32,000 nucleotides of DNA from Vibrio alginolyticus NBRC 15630 = ATCC 17749 (GTDB lineage Bacteria > Pseudomonadota > Gammaproteobacteria > Enterobacterales > Vibrionaceae), in NCBI RefSeq assembly GCF_000354175.2, contig NC_022359.1:210001-242000 (forward strand), written 5' to 3'. The notes under the pieces are model-generated. The model saw only the letters and a program-made list of their open reading frames with translations, was not told where the DNA came from and made no database searches. Positions 1-6,725 of the stretch are shown here, piece by piece. Positions within the stretch are counted from its first letter, which is position 1, and each line of letters starts with the position of its first letter. The translations under genes and the position numbers were made by a program.

Positions 1-2
1 AC

Positions 3-962
3 AAGCAGAATGGTGAGCAAGACTTTAACTCTGCGTCAGCGGTATCGAGTTTTCACCTTACGGCCTCTACTTTGAACAGCGCAAACAAAGTACAAAGTCA
101 TGGTTTTGATACTGATGACCGCTCAGCTTCAGATCCGGATGCCAACTTGACCAGTACACCAGGGTTAACAGAATCGACTGATCTTGCAGCGCAAGCTCAA
201 GCTTTAACCCAGGGTATGATTACCATGGCAGAGAAGCAGGCTGAGAAACTAGGAAAAGCGTCATCTTTAATGACTGCGAGCGAAGTTAAGTCTGTTACTC
301 AAGATTCGTCTAACGCTATGTTAAACACATCATCAAAACAAGATGTGAAGCAAAGTCTGCCGACTTCATCGAGTTCGCGTTTGCCTATCTCCGGTGCTGA
401 GTTTCAAACTCTTTTGAATCAACCTGTTCAAGGGCAACCAACCGCCTCTCTACTTCAAGCACAAGCTCCTACAACACAACCTGCACATTCACCGATTGCG
501 ACGAGTCATGTTCAAGCTCAAGGCTCTGAGTGGGCAGCAGTGCGTGTTGATACCACTGCCGGAAAGTGGGGAGAGCAAATGATGCAAGTATTACATGATC
601 GCGTGACGCTCCAAGCTCAACAAAATGTACAAGAAGCAAAAATCCGCCTAGACCCACCAGACTTGGGGAAACTGGATTTACTTGTACGTGTTGAAGGTGA
701 CCGATTAAGTGTCCACATCAACGCCAATGCCGCAGCAACACGAGAAGCTTTAATGCAAGTTTCGGAACGATTGCGTACTGAGTTACAAGAGCAAAACTTC
801 GTTCATGTCGATGTCAATGTTGGCTCTGATCAAAACCAAGGTCGAAATGACCCACATGCAAACGAAGAAGACGCCAATATTTTCGCCGCACGAGAATCTG
901 GTGCATTCCAAACCACGACAACAACTAACTATTCAGAACACTGGCTAAGCACTCAAGCTTAG
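3..962 (+). CDS. fliK: Lateral-flagellar hook-length control protein FliK (LafE-like); 5' end lies outside the window
   Basis: Frame 3 has no stop from nt 3 up to the listed TTG at 72, so the CDS enters from upstream. The N-terminal part is Ser/Thr/Gln-rich and low-complexity. It is followed by the conserved FliK C-terminal block RLDPPDLGKLDLLVRVEGDRLSVHINANAAATREAL. The gene sits directly upstream of fliL-sigma28-motAB. Confidence 0.8.
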   Translation, partial: KQNGEQDFNSASAVSSFHLTASTLNSANKVQSHGFDTDDRSASDPDANLTSTPGLTESTDLAAQAQALTQGMITMAEKQAEKLGKASSLMTASEVKSVTQDSSNAMLNTSSKQDVKQSLPTSSSSRLPISGAEFQTLLNQPVQGQPTASLLQAQAPTTQPAHSPIATSHVQAQGSEWAAVRVDTTAGKWGEQMMQVLHDRVTLQAQQNVQEAKIRLDPPDLGKLDLLVRVEGDRLSVHINANAAATREALMQVSERLRTELQEQNFVHVDVNVGSDQNQGRNDPHANEEDANIFAARESGAFQTTTTTNYSEHWLSTQA

Positions 963-984
963 TGAATCTTCGAGGAAAAAGGTT

Positions 985-1485
985 ATGACCAAACAACAAA
1001 TGATCGCCCTGTTTATCGCCATGATCATCACCAGTGCCCTCGTTTCGGCCGTCACAATTATGGGCGGAATCTGGTACTTAAACAAACACGCTCAAGAGTC
1101 ACCTGACTCTGGTTCACTGATCGAAGACTCTCCACTGTCTTTTTTGGTCACAGAACAACCGACAAGTAAAGGTCCTAGCTTCCATCCTTTGGACAAAGTC
1201 GTTTTGACCGTTAAAGGCAAGAAACAGACTCACTTTGTGATGCTAGAACTGGCAATTGAGACACGCCGTCCAGAGCGTATCAAAGAGATCGATGAATACA
1301 TGCCTATGGTACAAAACTCTCTATTAAAACTGTTTAGCGACAAAACGTTTGATCAGTTACAGCAAGCGGGTGCCATCGATATTCTGCAAGACGAAGTGAA
1401 GCAAACGCTTCTACTCGCTTTTGCTAAAACAGACATCGTCCGAGAAATCGACGATGTTTTGTTGACTAAATATGTTGTGCAATAA
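985..1485 (+). CDS. fliL: Flagellar basal-body-associated protein FliL (lateral system)
   Basis: 166 aa with one N-terminal TM helix (IALFIAMIITSALVSAVTIMGGIWYL). The FliL-type C-terminal region reads HFVMLELAIE...MPMVQNSLLKLFS. An SD GAGGAAAAAGG precedes the ATG. The flagellar gene context supports the call. Confidence 0.85.
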   Translation: MTKQQMIALFIAMIITSALVSAVTIMGGIWYLNKHAQESPDSGSLIEDSPLSFLVTEQPTSKGPSFHPLDKVVLTVKGKKQTHFVMLELAIETRRPERIKEIDEYMPMVQNSLLKLFSDKTFDQLQQAGAIDILQDEVKQTLLLAFAKTDIVREIDDVLLTKYVVQ

Positions 1486-1497
1486 CGGAGCACAACC

Positions 1498-2226
1498 ATG
1501 TTAGACATGAATGTACAAGACACTTACACCACAGAAGAGGAAGTGACAACACCGTCACGACCAATTGATGAAAACGCATTGCTACAACGTCATCAGGTCA
1601 TGGTAAAACGCGTAGTTAACCAGCTGCGCGTTCATGCCACTTCTCACTGTAGTATTGAAGATATGCAGCAGATAGGCCTTATCGCTCTAGTCGAGGCTGG
1701 ACGCCGATATGGCGATGTTGACGATCCTCACTTTCCTGCTTTCGCCGTTTGTCGAGTTCGGGGAGCTATTTTAGACGAATTACGCCGACTAGATTGGCGT
1801 TCACGTAAGACTCGTCAACAAGCCCACGAGCTCAACGACGTGACTCGAGATCTCACTCGAACGTTAGGTCGAATGCCAACGGATGCCGAAATCATCCAGG
1901 CTTTAGGGACGAATGAGCAAGATTATTACAACCGCCAAAATGCCGCTCTCGCAGGCGAGATGCAAAGCCTTGACCAACTGATGGAGAGCAGCGGTGATAG
2001 CTACATTGGCGGGCAATACGATGGCATGGAACATGAACATATTCGTCGTAGTTTAGACAGTGCTTTGGGTAAATTACCTAAGCGCGATCAACTGCTCCTG
2101 ACTCTGTTCTATCAACATGAACTCAACTTACACGAAATAGCTCTGGTATTGGATCTGACACCACCTCGTATATGTCAGCTTCACAAACAAGCGCTGAAAC
2201 AACTCAACCAATTAATGTCCTCTTAG
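1498..2226 (+). CDS. lafS: FliA/sigma-28 family sigma factor of the lateral flagellar system (LafS)
   Basis: 242 aa. Sigma-70 region 2 reads IGLIALVEAGRRYG...FAVCRVRGAILDELR. The region 4 HTH reads LNLHEIALVLDLTPPRICQLHKQALKQL. It lies between fliL and motA, as in the Vibrio parahaemolyticus laf cluster. Confidence 0.9.
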   Translation: MLDMNVQDTYTTEEEVTTPSRPIDENALLQRHQVMVKRVVNQLRVHATSHCSIEDMQQIGLIALVEAGRRYGDVDDPHFPAFAVCRVRGAILDELRRLDWRSRKTRQQAHELNDVTRDLTRTLGRMPTDAEIIQALGTNEQDYYNRQNAALAGEMQSLDQLMESSGDSYIGGQYDGMEHEHIRRSLDSALGKLPKRDQLLLTLFYQHELNLHEIALVLDLTPPRICQLHKQALKQLNQLMSS

Positions 2227-2236
2227 GAGTCACAAG

Positions 2237-3094
2237 ATGCAAAAGTTTTTTGGAGTGCTCACTATCCTGGTGTGCGTCTTCGGTGGATATATGTGGGCCG
2301 GTGGTAGCTTAGGTGCTATCTGGCAGCCAGCCGAATTCCTTATCATTATTGGCGCCGCTGCTGGTTCTTTGATCATCGGTAATCCGCCTCATGTACTGAA
2401 AGAAATGCGTCGCCAAGTGCCAGCGACCATTAAAGGTCCAACAGAAGAGCATGAGTACTACATGGAATTAATGGCACTACTCAACAACTTGCTAGAGACA
2501 GCGAGAAACCGCGGATACAAGTTTCTGGATTCTCATATTGAGGCTCCGGAGCAAAGCTCTATGTTCCTCGCTTACCCGACGATCGCAGAAGATCATCGCC
2601 TAATTTCTTTCATTACTGACAATTTACGTTTAATGGCAATGGGACAGATGTCGCCTCATGAATTAGAGGGACTGCTAGAGCAAGAAATCGAAGCAATACA
2701 GAACGAAATGCTTTTACCTTCACGCTCACTACAGCGTACAGCAGAAGCACTACCTGGCTTCGGTATTCTTGCAGCAGTTGGTGGCATCATTATCACCATG
2801 CAAGCTATTGATGGCTCAATCGCTATGATTGGTTATCACGTTGCGGCAGCTCTCGTTGGTACATTCATTGGTATTTTCGGTTGTTACTGTGGCTTAGATC
2901 CACTAAGTAACGCCATGGCTCAGCGAGTAAAACGTAATATGACTGCTTTTGAGTGCGTTCGTGCAACCTTGGTTGCCTACGTAGCGAAAAAGCCGACATT
3001 GCTCGCCATTGACGCTGGTCGTAAACATATTCAGCTAGACATCAAACCAACATTCAACCAAATGGAGAAGTGGTTAGCTGAACAGGAGGGATAA
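2237..3094 (+). CDS. lafT: Flagellar stator protein MotA (lateral, LafT)
   Basis: 285 aa multi-TM protein. The MotA/TolQ/ExbB-type C-terminal channel segment reads [17 protein letters not shown]...[16 protein letters not shown]. An SD AGGAG is present. Its TAA overlaps the motB ATG (TAATG at 3092-3096). Confidence 0.9.
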   Translation: MQKFFGVLTILVCVFGGYMWAGGSLGAIWQPAEFLIIIGAAAGSLIIGNPPHVLKEMRRQVPATIKGPTEEHEYYMELMALLNNLLETARNRGYKFLDSHIEAPEQSSMFLAYPTIAEDHRLISFITDNLRLMAMGQMSPHELEGLLEQEIEAIQNEMLLPSRSLQRTAEALPGFGILAAVGGIIITMQAIDGSIAMIGYHVAAALVGTFIGIFGCYCGLDPLSNAMAQRVKRNMTAFECVRATLVAYVAKKPTLLAIDAGRKHIQLDIKPTFNQMEKWLAEQEG

Positions 3095-4089
3095 TGCAAA
3101 AACAAGAGCATGTAGTGTTCAAACGTGCCAAAGTATACAGCCATGATGAGTCGTCTCATGGCGGCGCGTGGAAAGTCGCGTTTGCTGACTTCATGATCGC
3201 CCTAATGGCGCTGTTTCTTGTACTTTGGGTTATGCAGGTGGTAGACAAAGAAGAGCGTAAAGCGATTGTTGCCCACTTGCATAGTTCAAGCGTATTCGAC
3301 AAGAGTTACGGCAACCCATTTGATACGTCACAAAGTATTTCTCCTATCGACTTGGCACAGGACTCTTCTGTGCCAAGTAAACACAACTCCAACCATGTGG
3401 TAAGCTCTTACTTCAAAGGTGATGGGGATGGACCAGAAATTGATTCTTTGATTCCTGGTAACTTCGATACTCAAGAGCAACTTGCCGCACTAGCGAAAGT
3501 AATTGAGCAAATGACTGCCCAAATTAATGCGCAGGGAAATGTAAACGTCACGGTGACACCACAAGGTTTGCGTATCGTCCTTCAAGATGATTACAAACAG
3601 CATATGTTCAGCCGTGGTGGTGCAGAACTTACTCCTTTTTTTGAAGATTTACTGCTCGCACTAGCACCTGTATTTCATCGTGTTAACAACCCTCTGATCA
3701 TCAGCGGACACACAGATGCAATTCCATTTAAAAAGCGTTTTGGTCGTCAATCTAACTGGGCGTTATCAGCCTCTCGAGCAGACGTAGCAAGAAATACGTT
3801 AGTTGAAGGCGGTATGCCGGATGATAGAGTAATGCAGGTAACGGGTATGTCAGATAGAGCGCTGCTTAATCCTGATGAGCCAGATTCTAGCGAAAACCGT
3901 CGTATTGAGCTGTTTGTTTTAACGACTCCTGCCGCTAAAGTGCTTGAGACCCTTTTTGGCAACCACCAAGAAAGCGAACTGCAAAAAGCGAAAGATAAGG
4001 CTGAATTCAACCAACCAGTCATTCGTCAAGAAGTCATCAATTACTCCGGCGATACCGCCACCAGCGAAGTAAAAATTCAAGAATTATAA
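3094..4089 (+). CDS. lafU: Flagellar stator protein MotB with OmpA-like peptidoglycan-binding domain (lateral, LafU)
   Basis: 331 aa. The N-terminal plug/TM segment [20 protein letters not shown] contains the conserved Asp. The C-terminal OmpA-like motif reads [16 protein letters not shown]...NRRIELFV. It is translationally coupled to motA. Confidence 0.9.
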   Translation: MQKQEHVVFKRAKVYSHDESSHGGAWKVAFADFMIALMALFLVLWVMQVVDKEERKAIVAHLHSSSVFDKSYGNPFDTSQSISPIDLAQDSSVPSKHNSNHVVSSYFKGDGDGPEIDSLIPGNFDTQEQLAALAKVIEQMTAQINAQGNVNVTVTPQGLRIVLQDDYKQHMFSRGGAELTPFFEDLLLALAPVFHRVNNPLIISGHTDAIPFKKRFGRQSNWALSASRADVARNTLVEGGMPDDRVMQVTGMSDRALLNPDEPDSSENRRIELFVLTTPAAKVLETLFGNHQESELQKAKDKAEFNQPVIRQEVINYSGDTATSEVKIQEL

Positions 4090-4096
4090 TCTTAAA

Positions 4097-4120
4097 AGGT
4101 CACCACTCTGATGGTGACCT
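4097..4120 (+). terminator. Hairpin after lafU (possible weak terminator)
   Basis: AGGTCACCA (4097-4105), a 6-nt loop, then TGGTGACCT (4112-4120). The 9-bp stem sits 8 nt after the lafU stop. The trailing sequence is CTCTAACC, which is not a real U-run. Confidence 0.4.
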
Positions 4121-4166
4121 CTCTAACCAAAGCCTCTGTTACTGTGACTTTTTAGTTGAGTTCTAT

Positions 4167-4454
4167 ATGCACATAACATCATCCGAAAAAAGAAAAAGCG
4201 ACTTACTGAAGAAAGCCTTTTTATGGCTCATTGTCTTCGATTACCTTTTATTGGCGTTTTTCTTAACTCAGCTATCAAGTATGACATTAAACAGCGGAAC
4301 CATGATCAGCTTGTTACTTGTAGTTTATAACGTCTTACTTGTTTCGCTATGTTTTCAACGAACCAACAAGCAGGACTCTTACATTATCTACCCTGTTTTG
4401 TCCGCAACGTTATTAGCATTTGTCTGCTTTCTTTACTTCTTTTTTTTAATTTAG
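4167..4454 (+). CDS. Hypothetical small integral membrane protein (about 3 TM helices)
   Basis: 95-aa ORF, strongly hydrophobic (FLWLIVFDYLLLAFFL, ISLLLVVYNVLLVSLCF, VLSATLLAFVCFLYFFFLI). It is AT-rich with no clear SD and I recognise no family. Confidence 0.45.
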   Translation: MHITSSEKRKSDLLKKAFLWLIVFDYLLLAFFLTQLSSMTLNSGTMISLLLVVYNVLLVSLCFQRTNKQDSYIIYPVLSATLLAFVCFLYFFFLI

Positions 4455-4669
4455 CTCCCCGACTCGACCATTGATTTTACTTTTACTGCTTTTTCGAAGT
4501 GGTCGAGCTGGTGAGTCTGAATCCACCACGTAGCCGCTTCCATCAACAGCTCTGGGTCGTCATTTTTATTAGCGAAAAACGCATAAAATGAGAGACCAAC
4601 CAATTCACCTTTACTCGCGATCTTTTTGTCACAGACCTCTATAATTTTGTCTCTCAGCGAAGCTCTCAT
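4451..4669 (-). CDS. Hypothetical 72-aa soluble protein, downstream partner of the bPH gene
   Basis: The ORF starts 10 nt after the bPH stop with an SD-like AGGGA. It looks helical and acidic and I recognise no family. Its stop overlaps the stop of the convergent 95-aa ORF by 4 nt. Confidence 0.5.
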   Translation of the reverse strand: MRASLRDKIIEVCDKKIASKGELVGLSFYAFFANKNDDPELLMEAATWWIQTHQLDHFEKAVKVKSMVESGS

Positions 4670-4679
4670 TTCTAATCCC

Positions 4680-5057
4680 TTAACCTAGTACATACTCACT
4701 AACCATACGGTTGAAAGAAATCAAATCAAACGAGCCTTTAATTTCAAAACGCACTCTTCCCACCTCACTCATGAAGAACTCGATTTCACAATCCAAATCA
4801 AAAGTACCAGAGGTCTCGATAGAAAATGCATTGATCTTACTGTAAGGCAAAGAAGTGTAATCCACTTTTGAGCCGGTAATCCCTTGCACATTTGCCGCTA
4901 TCACTCGCTTGTTCGTAAACACCACTTGGTCACGAACTGTTTTAAAAGCAGCGAAAATAGTCTCACCATCAATCAAGAACTTAAGGAAGTCTTCTCTGGC
5001 ATTAGAAACGTCAATGGGCTTAAGCTTAAATACAGAGGAATTGTCGAAATCAATCAT
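4680..5057 (-). CDS. Bacterial pleckstrin-homology (bPH, YokE-like) domain protein
   Basis: 125 aa. The pattern GETIFAAFKTVRDQVVFTNKRVIAANVQGITGSKVDYTSLPYSKINAFSIETSG..FEIKG is typical of the YokE/bPH_1 family. An SD AAGGA is present. Confidence 0.75.
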   Translation of the reverse strand: MIDFDNSSVFKLKPIDVSNAREDFLKFLIDGETIFAAFKTVRDQVVFTNKRVIAANVQGITGSKVDYTSLPYSKINAFSIETSGTFDLDCEIEFFMSEVGRVRFEIKGSFDLISFNRMVSEYVLG

Positions 5058-5169
5058 AATTAGTCCTTTGAGTGGGCGTTAGAACGAATTATCAACGTAT
5101 CAGATAGCACCACTTTTGCCTACTCGCAACGCACGTTTCTGCTTGATTCGCCCAACAACGAAGCGTCAC

Positions 5170-5385
5170 TCACTTCCACCCTTGCATCCATTGCTCAGAG
5201 TCTTTTAGGTCTTGCCAGTTCATCTCTCGGTCGCGTTTACTCATGACTGCCTCGATGACACATCTCACAACGTTACCATCTTCATCTAGTTCCATTTCCG
5301 TCACAACAAAATGCTTCTCTTTGTTTTTAGGTGAAATTGCCGTCCATTTACTGTGCAATAGTTTCTTAGGGTGGATTCTGTTCAT
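5170..5385 (-). CDS. TIGR02450-family tryptophan-rich small protein
   Basis: 71 aa. The signature KKLLHSKWTA..KEKHFVVTE....G.V..C.IEAV.S.R...NW.DLKD...W..GW is characteristic of this family. Confidence 0.75.
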   Translation of the reverse strand: MNRIHPKKLLHSKWTAISPKNKEKHFVVTEMELDEDGNVVRCVIEAVMSKRDREMNWQDLKDSEQWMQGWK

Positions 5386-5523
5386 CGCATTGTACCAATT
5401 TAACTACCATGTTGATGCATACGACTGAATACCAAGAGAGAATCAGATTTTGTTTTTGCAAACCTACAAAAGATAAAACCGCAAAAGAGATCACTCCCTT
5501 TCGCGGCCCTAACTACAACCCGA

Positions 5524-5997
5524 CTAGGTCTTCTGACCATTCAATCGAGGGTTTAAGTACTGACTTTGGAGCAACTGTAGCCCTTTACCGACCAGAACAA
5601 TCACTACCGCGCCAATCAGGACAGGCGTGAAGAGAAAACTCCATCCCTGCCCAGACGCCATGATCAAAATTGGATTTGCACCCGCAGGTGGATGAGTGGT
5701 CTTCGTAATCAGCATCGCAGAAACACCTAGCCCCGTCGCAATCGCGAGCGTGACCGGCGTGACGTCAACATACTGGCTAAACGCAATACCGATAGATGCC
5801 GTGATGAAGTGACCAATGATCACGTTTTTTGGTTGAGCGAGAGGGCTGCTAGGCACCCCAAACACCAGTACTGCGGTAGCACCAAATGGTGCCATCAGGA
5901 GTACAACCTCCGTCAGTGATACCTCAGCGTAGGACAATACGCCAATAGCCAACGTAGCGCCAAGCCCGGCAACCAACGATAAAATTAAATTATTCAT
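5524..5997 (-). CDS. HPP family integral membrane protein
   Basis: Contains the signature KTTHPPAGANPIL within a 4-5 TM protein. The ORF track starts at GTG 6003. ATG 5997 (MNNLIL...) is preceded by the SD GAGGTG and is preferred. Confidence 0.85.
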   Translation of the reverse strand: MNNLILSLVAGLGATLAIGVLSYAEVSLTEVVLLMAPFGATAVLVFGVPSSPLAQPKNVIIGHFITASIGIAFSQYVDVTPVTLAIATGLGVSAMLITKTTHPPAGANPILIMASGQGWSFLFTPVLIGAVVIVLVGKGLQLLQSQYLNPRLNGQKT

Positions 5998-6009
5998 AAA
6001 CACCTCAAA

Positions 6010-6053
6010 GTAGACCGAATTGTCTACAAAATAAAATAGACAAATCTGTCTAC
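6010..6053. promoter_or_regulatory. Two tandem inverted repeats (G)TAGAC-N6-GTCTA(C); candidate TetR operators in the HPP/tetR divergent region
   Basis: GTAGACcgaattGTCTAC occupies 6010-6027 and aTAGACaaatctGTCTAc occupies 6036-6053. The TAGAC starts are 26 bp apart. They fill almost the whole gap between the HPP start (5997) and the tetR start (6096). Confidence 0.5.
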
Positions 6054-6095
6054 CTTTGTCAATATGTGTTTATGGAACTTTTTGAGGACATAGTT

Positions 6096-6641
6096 ATGAA
6101 CAAAAAGAAACAGTTATTGATCGACACAGCTTTGTCACTGTTTTACAAACAAGGCATAAACTCTATTGGCATCAATGAAGTTCTCAATGTTTCCGGCGTG
6201 GCTAAACGCACGCTATATAACCATTTTGAGAGCAAAGAAGCGCTTATCATCGCCGCATTAGAACAACGCCACCAAATATTTATGGAATGGTTGGAGGAAA
6301 AGCTTTCTTCAGCACAAACGAGCGCGGAGGTGATCGATCAGTTATTTACAGCACTCAACGGCTGGTTTCATGGCTCTGAAGAAAAGTTGGGCGAGTTTCG
6401 CGGTTGCTTTTTCATCAATACGTCCGCGGAATTCAGTGACGACAGTGGCGAGATCGCAACGTATTGCCGCTACCATAAGCAGCAAGTCAGAGAGCTAATT
6501 CAACGCTATCTCAAATCAGACAACGCTGCATTACTCGATGCCATTTGCATCATGAAAGAGGGCGCGATCACTACCGCTTACATGACGAAAGAGTACGACA
6601 ACGTCACGAAAAAATGCGTGACCATTTTGCACAAGCTGTAA
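6096..6641 (+). CDS. TetR/AcrR family transcriptional regulator
   Basis: The N-terminal TetR HTH reads LIDTALSLFYKQGINSIGINEVLNVSGVAKRTLYNHFESKEALI. ATG 6096 has the SD GAGGA 7 nt upstream. The GTG 6066 extension in the ORF track is unlikely to be translated. Confidence 0.9.
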   Translation: MNKKKQLLIDTALSLFYKQGINSIGINEVLNVSGVAKRTLYNHFESKEALIIAALEQRHQIFMEWLEEKLSSAQTSAEVIDQLFTALNGWFHGSEEKLGEFRGCFFINTSAEFSDDSGEIATYCRYHKQQVRELIQRYLKSDNAALLDAICIMKEGAITTAYMTKEYDNVTKKCVTILHKL

Positions 6642-6682
6642 TGCGGTCAGGTATAGTCATTCGCGAATTAAGTATTCAAACC

Positions 6683-6710
6683 AAAGGCACCAGTCGGTGC
6701 CTTTTGTTTT
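6683..6710. terminator. Bidirectional rho-independent terminator between convergent tetR and GRE genes
   Basis: AAAGGCACC, loop agtc, GGTGCCTTT, then TGTTTT on the plus strand. The minus strand has TTTGGTTT after the same stem. Confidence 0.7.
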
Positions 6711-6725
6711 AGTTAGTCAGTGCAC

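Noticed and set aside
4097-4120. Strong intrinsic terminator call for the laf operon
   Set aside because: The stem is good (9 bp) but no U-run follows. It is kept only as a low-confidence hairpin.
5243-5630. Plus-strand ORFs 5243-5428 and 5409-5630
   Set aside because: They are antisense to the TIGR02450 and HPP genes respectively, both of which carry family signatures.
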